A stretch of 64,000 bases of DNA from a virus. Under the pieces are notes generated by a model. That model was not told where the DNA came from, did not search any database, and saw only the letters and a list, made by a program, of their open reading frames with translations. Of this stretch, positions 46,971 to 56,485 are shown piece by piece (within the stretch, counting starts at the first letter, position 1; each line of letters starts with the position of its first letter). Both the position numbers and the translations under genes were made by a program. The stretch covers positions 29,063-93,062 of IMG/VR virus record IMGVR_UViG_3300032046_000010; one strand, 5' to 3'.

Positions 46971-47984
46971 CTACCCGAACAGAACGTCGTGGAACATCCC
47001 GTCCCTGCCCCCGTCCGTGCTCTTCTGGACGGCGGTGCCGTCCGTGGGAGCCGCGTTGCCGGGCAACCGCGCCTTCTCCAGCGTGTCGAGCCGCTTGGTC
47101 AGCTCCACCAGCTGGCCTTCCAGTTCCTTGTTCTTGGACAGGGCCGACTCCCAGGACGCCTTCATCTGGCCCTGTTCCTCCGGGGTCATCCCCTTCACCG
47201 GCTCCTGCCCGGCCTGGGGGCTGGGGAGCGCCGGTTCACCGCCCACCACGCTCTTGTTCTCCTGGGAACCGGCCGCGCCGCAGGCCTTGGCCAGTTCGTC
47301 CGCCATCGCCGGATCCAGCTCCTTGATGAGCTTGAGCAAGGCCATCAGCCCTTCCTTGAACGCGCCCTTCCGCGCATCCGTGAACTGCTTGCCCTTGAGT
47401 ACAGTCTCGGCGCTGTCGAGCACTTCCAACCCGCCGTCGTCGTGGAACTCGACCGTGATGGACTTCTTGGCCGGGACCGTCGCGCCCGCCTTGGCGGCCA
47501 GATCGTCCGCGCTCTTGCGCAAGCCCTCGACCAGCTTGGCGCCATCGTCCTTGCCGACCTCCGCGTTGGGGATGATGGTGTTGAGGCCCTTGGCCAGCGC
47601 GTTGATCACGGTCAGGGGCTTGCGGACGCCCCATGAGAGCTGCTGGAGCGCCTCCAGCTTCTCTTCCAGCATGTCCGGCTCCATCGTCATCGCCCCACTG
47701 GAGACATCGCCCGCCAGCTTGGCGATGGCGGCCAGCTTCTCGGCCAGGATGGCCTCATGCGTCGGGGCTTGCTTGGTGACGGGCTGCGTCGTCGGCGGGT
47801 CACCCCCTGGCGGGATCACTCCGGCCTGCGGCGTCTGCTTCACTTCATCCTTCTTGTCGCTCATGGCTTCCTTTCCTCCACCGTCCCTCTTGATGACCAG
47901 GAACTGTTCCTCATTGGCCGGACGATCCACCAGTGAGACTTCTTGGACGTCAATCTCCAAAAGCCTCTGTCTTGCTTCGTTCAT
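46971..47984 (-). CDS. Capsid scaffolding protein bearing the EVSLVDRPAN protease strand
   Basis: Upstream of the MCP; C-terminal coiled coil; N-terminal EVSLVDRPAN. Confidence 0.75.
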   Translation of the reverse strand: MNEARQRLLEIDVQEVSLVDRPANEEQFLVIKRDGGGKEAMSDKKDEVKQTPQAGVIPPGGDPPTTQPVTKQAPTHEAILAEKLAAIAKLAGDVSSGAMTMEPDMLEEKLEALQQLSWGVRKPLTVINALAKGLNTIIPNAEVGKDDGAKLVEGLRKSADDLAAKAGATVPAKKSITVEFHDDGGLEVLDSAETVLKGKQFTDARKGAFKEGLMALLKLIKELDPAMADELAKACGAAGSQENKSVVGGEPALPSPQAGQEPVKGMTPEEQGQMKASWESALSKNKELEGQLVELTKRLDTLEKARLPGNAAPTDGTAVQKSTDGGRDGMFHDVLFG

Positions 47985-48082
47985 GTTGACTTCCTGGGTC
48001 GGCATCGTCCAGCGCTCCAAGCTCGCTGGTAGAGTATAACCCGGTTGTGACTTGGAACGGAAGATGTTGGAGTGTTCGGGTG

Positions 48083-48985
48083 CTAGACGCTAGCAGGCTT
48101 GGAGGCTCTGGCCACTCCGCCGATGCTGAACCCGGTGATCAAGCCCGCCTTGACCTCCGCCCAGATGGTATCGTCGTTGACCTTCACGGTCATCACCCAG
48201 GAACCCTCCGGCACGGTCTTGCCGACGATCATCATGGGCGCTGGAGCGATGTAGCTCTCAACCACGTCCATGTCCTTCCCGAAGTCGCGGTGCATGTAGC
48301 CCAGCTCGGATGTCTTGCGGTAGTTGGACATGAAACGGTGCGCCGTCCGCTCGATCACTTCCTTGGAGATGACGTCGCCCTGAGCATCGACTGTCTCTGG
48401 CTTCAGGACGATGGCCGTGACCTCCCGCCGCTCATCCACCATCTTGATGATGGGGCAATAGTAGCCCTTGGACAACACTTCGTCGGTCGCCGCATCATCG
48501 GCCTTGGTCACCGCTTCCTCAAATGAGATGGGCTTGAGGTCGTGATCCTTGAGCCACGTGCGAGCCTCCGCCGACGTGAACTTGTCCTTGTCGAAACGAT
48601 ACGCCTGTGTTTCCATCGGGCCATCCGCTGTGAGCTTGCCCATGATGATACGGATACCAGGCGCAATCTCCTTGGACCGGAACGTACTGGCGATGAAGTC
48701 GGCCGGGTCACGCATCCGCGCCGCGTGTTCGTTGGGGTACGGCTTTTGGACATCCTGCTCCTGGAACGCCTCGATGGCCTCCTGGACCTGCTTGCCGATG
48801 TGCTGGAGGATGAACACGGCCGCTTTGCGCGGCTGTTCCTTCATCGCCTCTTCACCCAGCAGTGACTTGATGCCACTCCCTTGAAGGATGGCCGGGGTCA
48901 GCTTCCCCTCCCCGATAGCCGCCGTGTCGATGGTTCCCTTCATCTTGTCTTCCATCTCGACCTCCCGCGCGTCAGGACGCCTCAT
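48083..48985 (-). CDS. Prohead serine protease (XkdF / S78_2-like)
   Basis: VLKPETVDAQGD, MHR, VVESYIAP, GSW and GLITGFSIGG; extra PYPNEHAAR domain. Confidence 0.88.
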   Translation of the reverse strand: MRRPDAREVEMEDKMKGTIDTAAIGEGKLTPAILQGSGIKSLLGEEAMKEQPRKAAVFILQHIGKQVQEAIEAFQEQDVQKPYPNEHAARMRDPADFIASTFRSKEIAPGIRIIMGKLTADGPMETQAYRFDKDKFTSAEARTWLKDHDLKPISFEEAVTKADDAATDEVLSKGYYCPIIKMVDERREVTAIVLKPETVDAQGDVISKEVIERTAHRFMSNYRKTSELGYMHRDFGKDMDVVESYIAPAPMMIVGKTVPEGSWVMTVKVNDDTIWAEVKAGLITGFSIGGVARASKPASV

Positions 48986-50139
48986 GACTCTCCGCCGGTC
49001 ACACCCGGTTCACCAGCAAACTCGCTGTCAGGAGCAAGGTCCACTGTACAGCGACACTTGAAGTGAAACGGTGGGAATCCCAAGCCAGCCTTGATGAACT
49101 TCCCGCCGGAACCCGAACCCCACTTGCCGCTCACTCCCGCCCTCGACATCATCTGGCCCAATTTGAGCCAAGGATGTAGCTCGTTGCGAATCTGATCGGG
49201 AGTTGCCCCAACCATCCCCTGGAAATGGTCGTATGCGTCACCGACCGGCATCGATGAACCCGCCGATTCCGCCGCCATGTAGGAACATTCGGCACATGTT
49301 CTCTCATCCAGAGGGTTCACGATGATGTAGCTGGACGCCCCAACTCCACGCATCGCGCTGAGCTGGCCTCCTACACGCCCCATCGTGGCAGCATTCGCGG
49401 CCACACCTCCAAAGTAGTCACGTGTCGAACCACTCCAGCCAACTGGGATGTTGGCGTAGGCTCCTGTGTGCGGGTTCATCGGGTCGTAGCCGTACTCACG
49501 TGCCAGCACATCTTCCAACTCATCGGCGGCACGCCCGGGGTCGGCTCCGGTGTTGATGATGGACTGGTCTGCGATGCGCCGAACGCTCTCAGACAGGTTG
49601 GCATCGTAGTTGTCGCCCACCCAGAAAGCAAGATCATCACTCAGTGCCTCTGCCGCTTGCTGGTCAGCCAATGTGAAGCTGGCACGCAACTTCGGGTCCG
49701 GCGTTGCCTTCAGGACGCTGAGCGGCACGAAGTCGTATCGCAAGGTGCCCTTGTACTTGCCCTGGAACTTCTTGTTCATGGCGGAGATGCCCAGCTTCAT
49801 CGCATCCTCGACCGCCGCCTGGATGTGGGGCTTCATCTCGGCTTCCAGACTGTTGAACTCTCGTCGTGCCGCCTTCAGCGCCGCCTCGACCGCTGACGCC
49901 TTCACGGGATTGGATGAGCGACGGATCACAGCGGCTGCGGCCTTGGCTGCCAGTTTGGAACGCTTGTTCCAAGCATCCAGAAGCTGCTGCTTCAGCTGGT
50001 TCTCCAGCGTGATCATCTCCCGCCATTCGGGGAGTGTGGCCTTGAGGATGATGTTCTCGATGGCGTTGAGCCCGTCCAGGAGCTGAGCATCGCTCAGCTT
50101 GGCAAGGCTCGCAACAGGCTCACAGGACCTACACATCAC
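48982..50139 (-). CDS. Head morphogenesis protein (Mu gpF/SPP1 gp7-like)
   Basis: DERTCAEC and PPFHFKCRC motifs; follows the portal. Confidence 0.88.
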   Translation of the reverse strand: MMCRSCEPVASLAKLSDAQLLDGLNAIENIILKATLPEWREMITLENQLKQQLLDAWNKRSKLAAKAAAAVIRRSSNPVKASAVEAALKAARREFNSLEAEMKPHIQAAVEDAMKLGISAMNKKFQGKYKGTLRYDFVPLSVLKATPDPKLRASFTLADQQAAEALSDDLAFWVGDNYDANLSESVRRIADQSIINTGADPGRAADELEDVLAREYGYDPMNPHTGAYANIPVGWSGSTRDYFGGVAANAATMGRVGGQLSAMRGVGASSYIIVNPLDERTCAECSYMAAESAGSSMPVGDAYDHFQGMVGATPDQIRNELHPWLKLGQMMSRAGVSGKWGSGSGGKFIKAGLGFPPFHFKCRCTVDLAPDSEFAGEPGVTGGES

Positions 50140-51902
50140 TTCCTCCCGGCCGACCGCTTCGTCACCTCAGCATCGAACGACTCCCGCAGTTCCAGCAACT
50201 GGGAAAGCAGAGCATCGGGGTCCTCCATGCTCTTCAGCGCTGTGACCTGCGAGCCTACCGTCACCGGGGCAAGGTTCTTGGCCGCCTCCGCCAGCTGGAG
50301 CGTCAGCGGGATGTCGGGGTCGATCTTCCAGTTCGCTGCGAACTGCCGACCCATGATGTCCTCGATGATCTCCCTGGCGATGCGCGGTGTCATCCCACCT
50401 GTCTTCTCAGCCGCCACCAAGACCTTGATCAAGTCCTCATCATCGGTGACGTTGGGGCCCATCGACATGAAGCTGTGGTTCACGACTCCCAGCTTGGGGA
50501 ACAGCTGGTTGTTGACCCAGAAGTCAAACTCCATCCGCTCCGGTGCGAACACCTGCTCATCGGCAAGCTTGCGGCTGGTCTCCGCCGTCGCCCGGTTGTA
50601 GGTTTCAGCCCGGCCCACGAAGATGGGCGGGAGCCGGAACGACTCGCGCACCTTGGATCGGTTGTTCTCCCCGAAGATCTGGAACAGCTGATCCTGGGTC
50701 TGGACGGAGGCCAACGGCTTGATGTCGATGCGCGGTGCTCCGCCCTCGCCCGCCTCCCCGGCATAGGGACTCTCTGCTTCCAGGATCAAAAACTTGCTGT
50801 AGTTGCGGGAACCCTGGATCTGGCTCTCCACGTATTCCTTGATCCTGTTGATGGAGGGGTCCGTCAGCATCCCGTTGGACACTGAAATGATCATCGAGGG
50901 TACGTTGTTGCACTTGAGGGTCGTGAAGTTGACGTTGTCCGCCTCCCGGTCACCGAACAGCGTGATGAGGTTGCCGATGTAGCGCGGGATGCCGTAGGGA
51001 CTCCGGGGGCAGTAAATCTTGAAGTGAACCATCGGCGTGGCCAGCATGAACTTGTTGGTTGCCACTTGTTCCTTCGTCAGCACGTCGCCGGTCTTGGCAT
51101 CGATGTCCCGGGGGTCATCCAGTTCCTTGAACCACACCGGCATGCCGATGATCTGCTGAACTGCGCTGTCACGCCCCAACCTGGCGAACTGGACATAGCG
51201 CCGGAACCGCTTGCTGTCCAGCACTGTCTCCACGGCAGCAATCCCATTTTCCTTGACCACGATGCGTTCCTGGTTGTACACCGTCCATTCCGCATCCTGG
51301 ATGGCGAGGCGCATCTGGTAGCTGGGAACATGGGTCAGCTTGTCGATGTTCCCGCCCCGGTTCCGCACCACCTCAAAGTAGGCGTTGCCAGTACACTCCA
51401 AATCGCGCCGGAGCCGTCGCCGGAACCCGGTGAACGAGATGTCGCCACAGAAGTGCCTGAACAGGTTCGTCAGTCTGGTGTGTTCGGAACGCGCCGCCGC
51501 CCGTTCCGGCTCCGTCACACCTTCCACCACCAACCCTATCCGTGGCACGAATCTGTGACCGAACCCGTCGATGTTCAACTCCATGGAGGCGATGCACTGC
51601 TCCAAGATGGTGCTGTTCTCCGGCAGCATTGCCAGGATGAGAGGGTCGAACGGAGGCACGATCACCCGGCCGGTTGCGATGAGCGTGGACAGTTCCGGGT
51701 CCTCAATCTGGACGTTGGAACGGCCGGTGTCGGTGTTCGTGGGACCTTCCTTGAGTTGGATGGCGATGGCCTTGATGACGGTCATCCTGGGTCGCTCAGC
51801 AGCAGGAGCCATCGCCTTGTCGAGCGGCACGACCTCTGCCTTGACTGTGTGATTGCCGTTGTCCATCGTCATTCCTCCATCGGTGGCGGGATGTTGGAAC
51901 AC
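50136..51902 (-). CDS. Portal protein (PBSX-like)
   Basis: DLECTGNAYFEVVRN, YGIPRY, FRLPPIFVG and NRATA. Confidence 0.92.
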   Translation of the reverse strand: MFQHPATDGGMTMDNGNHTVKAEVVPLDKAMAPAAERPRMTVIKAIAIQLKEGPTNTDTGRSNVQIEDPELSTLIATGRVIVPPFDPLILAMLPENSTILEQCIASMELNIDGFGHRFVPRIGLVVEGVTEPERAAARSEHTRLTNLFRHFCGDISFTGFRRRLRRDLECTGNAYFEVVRNRGGNIDKLTHVPSYQMRLAIQDAEWTVYNQERIVVKENGIAAVETVLDSKRFRRYVQFARLGRDSAVQQIIGMPVWFKELDDPRDIDAKTGDVLTKEQVATNKFMLATPMVHFKIYCPRSPYGIPRYIGNLITLFGDREADNVNFTTLKCNNVPSMIISVSNGMLTDPSINRIKEYVESQIQGSRNYSKFLILEAESPYAGEAGEGGAPRIDIKPLASVQTQDQLFQIFGENNRSKVRESFRLPPIFVGRAETYNRATAETSRKLADEQVFAPERMEFDFWVNNQLFPKLGVVNHSFMSMGPNVTDDEDLIKVLVAAEKTGGMTPRIAREIIEDIMGRQFAANWKIDPDIPLTLQLAEAAKNLAPVTVGSQVTALKSMEDPDALLSQLLELRESFDAEVTKRSAGRK

Positions 51903-52687
51903 CCTGCCCAGTGATCCTTGACCTTGGTTCCGTCCTCCAGAACGCCATCACAGGCCTGACGGTATCGTGAGCGCACGTTGCGGAAGTAGTTGATGAACCC
52001 TGCGTCGTGTTCGCAGTCGCCCTGGTTGTAGGCAGCAACGCCGGATAGTGGGTGATCGTCGTCGATCAAGTGGCAGAGTGCAATGTGCTCATCGACCTCC
52101 TGAACGCCGATGGCGATGTTACAGTTTTGCTGCTCACACTGGTCGCGCCGCTCCCGGTAGACGGCGCTGAGCGTCCCGCACTGTCCAGCGTCCCGGCCAG
52201 ACTCGCAGTTGGCAGGTAGTATCTGGAACAGGCCAATCTCCCGGGCACAGCAAGTATCAAATGTGATCCGGCCGTCGCGTTCCGAAACGATGTGCGCGTT
52301 GCGATACTGTGTCCGTGTCCCGCTGCTGTTCTGCCATCGCAACTTCACTTCGCAGAACGGGTCGCCGTCCCGTTCCGTCCGTTCAGTCACTCGGTCGGCA
52401 TTCATGGTATGGATACAAGTGTTGCCGATGTTCCCGCCGCCGGTGTCCCCCAAACTGAACTCCTTTTCAGCGACCGCCAACATCATCAGACAGTCGGAGG
52501 CTCCGAAGTGTTCACAGGACCAAGCTAGATCATCTGCAAATGTCTTCAGATACGCTTGGCCAGAGTCCCGTATGGTCTCGCAGTAGGCCACACGGGAGGC
52601 CCCAACGTGTTCGCAAGCGTTGTCCTGCCAATGGCTGTGAAACAGAAGTCCCGCCGCGTACAACAACGCCGCAAGTGTCGGCTCCAT
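51869..52687 (-). CDS. Cys-rich lytic transglycosylase (SLT/lysozyme-like), probably exported
   Basis: LAVAEKEFS, GLFQI and AAYNQG motifs; hydrophobic N-terminus; 16 Cys. Confidence 0.72.
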   Translation of the reverse strand: MEPTLAALLYAAGLLFHSHWQDNACEHVGASRVAYCETIRDSGQAYLKTFADDLAWSCEHFGASDCLMMLAVAEKEFSLGDTGGGNIGNTCIHTMNADRVTERTERDGDPFCEVKLRWQNSSGTRTQYRNAHIVSERDGRITFDTCCAREIGLFQILPANCESGRDAGQCGTLSAVYRERRDQCEQQNCNIAIGVQEVDEHIALCHLIDDDHPLSGVAAYNQGDCEHDAGFINYFRNVRSRYRQACDGVLEDGTKVKDHWAGCSNIPPPMEE

Positions 52688-52708
52688 CTTCCCTTCCTCC
52701 CTCCGCCC

Positions 52709-54193
52709 TCACAACACGCCCGGCTCTTCAGCCCGCCGCTTCCGCTCAAACCGCTTCCCCCTCAGGAAGCTCACAGCGATGTCCAGGGCATCAAACAGGT
52801 CCTTCCGGCCGTGCGGGAAGGACACCAAACAGTCTATCAGCCTATGGTGCGACGGCATGAAGTGAATCCGTCGCTGCTCGAACAACGGTGTCAGCTTCCA
52901 AGCCCTCGTCACCTTGTCCTTGGTCGTCACGACCGGCCTGATGACCCAGTCTGGGTGCTTCTCTTTCAGGTCGGTCGGCTGCGCCAACTGGTAAGCATTC
53001 GCCTCGATGGCTACTCCCTTCAGCCACTTCTGGTAACGCTTGTAGGCGTCCTCAATTGCTTCCTGCTGTTTGCTGAAGGTCAGCTTGCGCTCAAGGAAGT
53101 CCAAGACCCAAAGCTCATCGCGCGGGTCCTTGCCCAGGACCACATGCGCGTAGTTGTCGTGTTGTTCCTGCTGTCCGATTGCGAGGTCAACGCCGATGCC
53201 CACCGTGAGGCTGTCCATCATCGGGTAGGCGTCCGCTCGCACGATGTCACACTGGTCGTAGCTGAAGATCTCACCACGCATCGCTTCTGTGTCGCACTTG
53301 TACTGGGAGTTGAAGATGATGACGCCACCGTCCTCACGAAGCTCGTGGAGGTGCTTCGTTGAGAACCGCTCCGGCCAGATGGACTGGTCCCTTGCATCGA
53401 GCGCCGGGATCACCAGTGTTGCGTCCTTGTACTCGTGCGACTGGAAGTGGGCGTACAAGTCCTCATAGTGGTACCTGGTTCCCAGCACGTGGATCTCACC
53501 CTTGTGGTCCACCAACGGGTCCGGCGGATCAATACACGGCTTGAACACCTTGTAGTACCACGTCTTGATGCTTTGGCGCTGGTGCTCGGTCCTGCTGTTT
53601 TCCTCGTCCAGCAGGTCGTCACAGATGCCCACATCATAGTGCTTGGAGGCAACGGCCGTTCCGACTCCGACCGTCATGATGGTCGGTTCCTTGCTCCACT
53701 TGGTTCGCGGCCGGACCTCGATGGACCGCTCATCCCACTGCCGTTCGCCTACGAAGTTGCCGAAGATGTCGATCAGTTCCTCGTTGTTCTGGAAGTGCCC
53801 CTTGATCTCGCTCAGCATGTCGGCCGCATTCTCTGCGACCTTGGAACCTAGGATGATGCGGATGTTGGCGTTTTTCAGAATCATGTGGATACTCTTGGCG
53901 ATGGTACCCACAGTGGTCTTGCCCGCCGACCGGAACGCCAGGATCATCGACATCGGATTGCGCATCTGATGTTGGATGATCGGGAAGTGGATCTTGGGAT
54001 GGATGATGTACCCCAAGACAAGCTCTGCGAGGATGTCAAGCCTGTTCCGTTCCACCACAGCCCGGCGCACCCATTCCTTGTACGCTTCCCGGCTGTGGTG
54101 GAACAGATTGATCAGGCCGTCGCGGGTCTTGGCTGTCGTGACCGCCGTTGCGGCTGAGATCCTGTCTTCGACAACGGCAGATGAGGCGGACAT
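52709..54193 (-). CDS. terL: Terminase large subunit
   Basis: AFRSAGKTT, ICDDL, GTRYH..D, GVDLA and IEANAYQ motifs. Confidence 0.95.
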   Translation of the reverse strand: MSASSAVVEDRISAATAVTTAKTRDGLINLFHHSREAYKEWVRRAVVERNRLDILAELVLGYIIHPKIHFPIIQHQMRNPMSMILAFRSAGKTTVGTIAKSIHMILKNANIRIILGSKVAENAADMLSEIKGHFQNNEELIDIFGNFVGERQWDERSIEVRPRTKWSKEPTIMTVGVGTAVASKHYDVGICDDLLDEENSRTEHQRQSIKTWYYKVFKPCIDPPDPLVDHKGEIHVLGTRYHYEDLYAHFQSHEYKDATLVIPALDARDQSIWPERFSTKHLHELREDGGVIIFNSQYKCDTEAMRGEIFSYDQCDIVRADAYPMMDSLTVGIGVDLAIGQQEQHDNYAHVVLGKDPRDELWVLDFLERKLTFSKQQEAIEDAYKRYQKWLKGVAIEANAYQLAQPTDLKEKHPDWVIRPVVTTKDKVTRAWKLTPLFEQRRIHFMPSHHRLIDCLVSFPHGRKDLFDALDIAVSFLRGKRFERKRRAEEPGVL

Positions 54194-54199
54194 CTGGTC

Positions 54200-54586
54200 C
54201 TAGTCGCTGCGCAGGTCCAGCCAGAACCCGGCAACCTCGATGTTGACCTTGCGTCCCGCCGCGTTGGCAGACACAGCCAGCATGAACCGCCGACCGTAGC
54301 TGTTGAACACAACGGACACGCCAGTTCCACCGACCACAGTCCACGTCACGGGGGTAGAATCGGGCACGAACTTGCCCAGCAGCTTCGACCACCAGTACAG
54401 AGCGAGGGTGGCGTTGCCGCCCGCCTCGACTCCGATGTTGGCCACCACCGTGTCGTACTCTGCCGCGTTGACGCCGTCGTCGGGGTCCGTGAAGGGTCCG
54501 GCTCCGTCCACCTTGGTGTAGTCTTCACGGTATGGCCGGAAGTCCGGCGAGGTTCCGATGTTGGAGTGCTTTCCCTCTGCGGGCAT
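54200..54586 (-). CDS. Hypothetical protein (possible virion protein)
   Basis: AGGAGG SD; beta-rich. Confidence 0.65.
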   Translation of the reverse strand: MPAEGKHSNIGTSPDFRPYREDYTKVDGAGPFTDPDDGVNAAEYDTVVANIGVEAGGNATLALYWWSKLLGKFVPDSTPVTWTVVGGTGVSVVFNSYGRRFMLAVSANAAGRKVNIEVAGFWLDLRSD

Positions 54587-54603
54587 CTGTTCCTCCTGTC
54601 TGC

Positions 54604-54633
54604 GGTCCCTGGCCTGGGCGGAGGCCAGGGACC
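54604..54633. terminator. Perfect 12-bp stem-loop
   Basis: GGTCCCTGGCCT / AGGCCAGGGACC, intergenic. Confidence 0.5.
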
Positions 54634-54653
54634 TTCAGTTCAGCCGTCCGCTG

Positions 54654-54950
54654 CTACTCGTAGCACTCGAAACGGACCAGCTCACCGGCCACGTTCATGT
54701 CCGCGTCCGTCCCCAGCCGGAACCCGTCGCTCAGCGGCGTGATGCCGCCGGAGCTGATGGCCGCGCCGGTGCCGGCGGCCACGCGCTTGAAGCCCGCGCC
54801 GTCCGCCATGTTCTCGTGCCACTCCAGCTGGTCGCCGGAGGTCATGTTGAACAGCTTCACCCGGCTGGGACGGTAGCCCACCTTGGTGATGTCCAGCTGC
54901 GCGCCGGTTCCCGTGAACGCTCCGTGAAAGACCTTCCAACCACTGCCCAT
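54654..54950 (-). CDS. Hypothetical protein, probably highly expressed (possible decoration protein)
   Basis: Very strong GC3 bias; followed by a hairpin. Confidence 0.7.
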   Translation of the reverse strand: MGSGWKVFHGAFTGTGAQLDITKVGYRPSRVKLFNMTSGDQLEWHENMADGAGFKRVAAGTGAAISSGGITPLSDGFRLGTDADMNVAGELVRFECYE

Positions 54951-55133
54951 CGTCCTGACTCCCTTCCTGCCCCTTCAGGGCATCCTGGTGATGCGAGCGC
55001 CGCGCTTGACGGTCACGTCCGGTCGCATTCAGCTTCCGCCCTCGCCTCCAACCTCGCGTTCCCTGTGGTCTCTCAACCACTGGACGCAGCGCCTGGGACG
55101 GTCCCAGTACCCGCCCCGTTGACGTCTGAGATT

Positions 55134-55835
55134 CTAGTCTGTTTCAGCGTTCAAGGGAAGATCAGGCAAATCCGGTGGAGGCTGCGTTGGTTTCTTTCGC
55201 ACTATCACTCGCCTGGTTGCGGCCGCGTGTCCGCCGGACGCCTTGCTCATCCCGCCCTTCGACCGTGAGAGGGCAGCAGCCTTCTGCGCCGGAGTCGGGG
55301 CCAGTTGGATTGGCTCGTGGGTACGCATTGGAGGCTTTGCTTCCAACATCGGGATCTCGCCGTAGCGCGACATCACAGACTGGACAGCCTCCAACTGGAC
55401 CGCAATCTTGGCTCTCAGTTCGCTGTCGTTCAACTCGCTGACAGCGACTCCAGCGATGACCAGATGGCGCTCCGCCGCCTTGTGGATGAGACCTAGCTCC
55501 TGCCCGGTCTTGAGGATGCGGTCGATGATCTCGGACTTGGCCCGCGCCGCTCCCACTACCGCCTGAGGTTGGTTCCCATTTGTCCACTTGTGGATCAGCC
55601 GGTCCAGGTCCTTGATGACGCCTTCCTGCCGCAAGCAGTAGTCTGTGAACATCTGCTCTGGCGGTTTGTCAATCCTGGACAGCCGGTCCTCTGCGTACAG
55701 CTTGGCCATCAGGTCGTTGAAGTCGGCCTCCGTCAACTCCATGTCTTCCATCAGGCGCTGAGGGGTGACTCCGGCCGCCAGCTGAGCACGGATGGCCGCT
55801 ACCAGGAACCGGGTGCCGGTACGGGGTGGGCTCAC
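55134..55835 (-). CDS. Putative terminase small subunit
   Basis: GTGA overlap start; HTH-like N-terminus, helical body and SELNDSEL motif; upstream of TerL. Confidence 0.55.
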   Translation of the reverse strand: MSPPRTGTRFLVAAIRAQLAAGVTPQRLMEDMELTEADFNDLMAKLYAEDRLSRIDKPPEQMFTDYCLRQEGVIKDLDRLIHKWTNGNQPQAVVGAARAKSEIIDRILKTGQELGLIHKAAERHLVIAGVAVSELNDSELRAKIAVQLEAVQSVMSRYGEIPMLEAKPPMRTHEPIQLAPTPAQKAAALSRSKGGMSKASGGHAAATRRVIVRKKPTQPPPDLPDLPLNAETD

Positions 55836-56485
55836 AGGCTGCCAGCCGCCTTCACTGCCACGGTGTCGTAGCGCCAGCGCTTGGCGATGCGATAGAAGGC
55901 ATTGCCCTGCGGGTTGATACCAGGAGGCTGACGCCACATCAAGCCCTTGGCTCCGCCAAACGCAGTGCGACAGGCAAAGCCCACCTGGTCCGGGGTCAGG
56001 TTGCGCTGCCGGACGCCCAGGTGCTTGGCGTAGTAGAAGCAGGGGCTGTAGAAGTGAACCAGCCCCATCAGTTCCTCGTTGGGCGTCACCATCAACACCG
56101 GGCAAAGGATGTTGCGGACCAGCTGGACAAGTCCTGCCGGGAAGCTCTGGAGCGTCATCTTGACGATGGCCTCCCGCCGTAGCTCCCGCTCATCCACGTG
56201 CTTCGGGTCCTTGTCCTTGCTCCCGCCGTTGAGGAACTTCGGGTTGATGGGCTGGCTGTAGGCTCGGATGAACTGTGTGAAGCTCTTGTACAGCGGGAAC
56301 AGCATCGCGTAGCGGTTGATCATGGTCCACAGGACGGCCGCGCCTTCCCCGTCCAAGTGGCAGTCGCCGCCTGCCTCCCCGTACAGCATCCGTGCCGTCC
56401 ACTCGATGTCCGCCTTGTCGAGCTGGGTGAGGGACGTTCCCTTCAGGCAGATGACGCCCGGCTTCGGATCAGCGCTTCCCGCCAT
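55832..56485 (-). CDS. Cell wall hydrolase, SleB/Hydrolase_2-like (putative endolysin)
   Basis: TARMLYGEAGG, AAVLWTMINR, HFY and GNAFY. Confidence 0.72.
   Translation of the reverse strand: MAGSADPKPGVICLKGTSLTQLDKADIEWTARMLYGEAGGDCHLDGEGAAVLWTMINRYAMLFPLYKSFTQFIRAYSQPINPKFLNGGSKDKDPKHVDERELRREAIVKMTLQSFPAGLVQLVRNILCPVLMVTPNEELMGLVHFYSPCFYYAKHLGVRQRNLTPDQVGFACRTAFGGAKGLMWRQPPGINPQGNAFYRIAKRWRYDTVAVKAAGSL

Noticed and set aside
36007-48039. Long plus-strand ORFs 36007..38253 and 45820..48039
   Set aside because: Antisense to the sheath, capsid and scaffold genes; artefacts of high GC.
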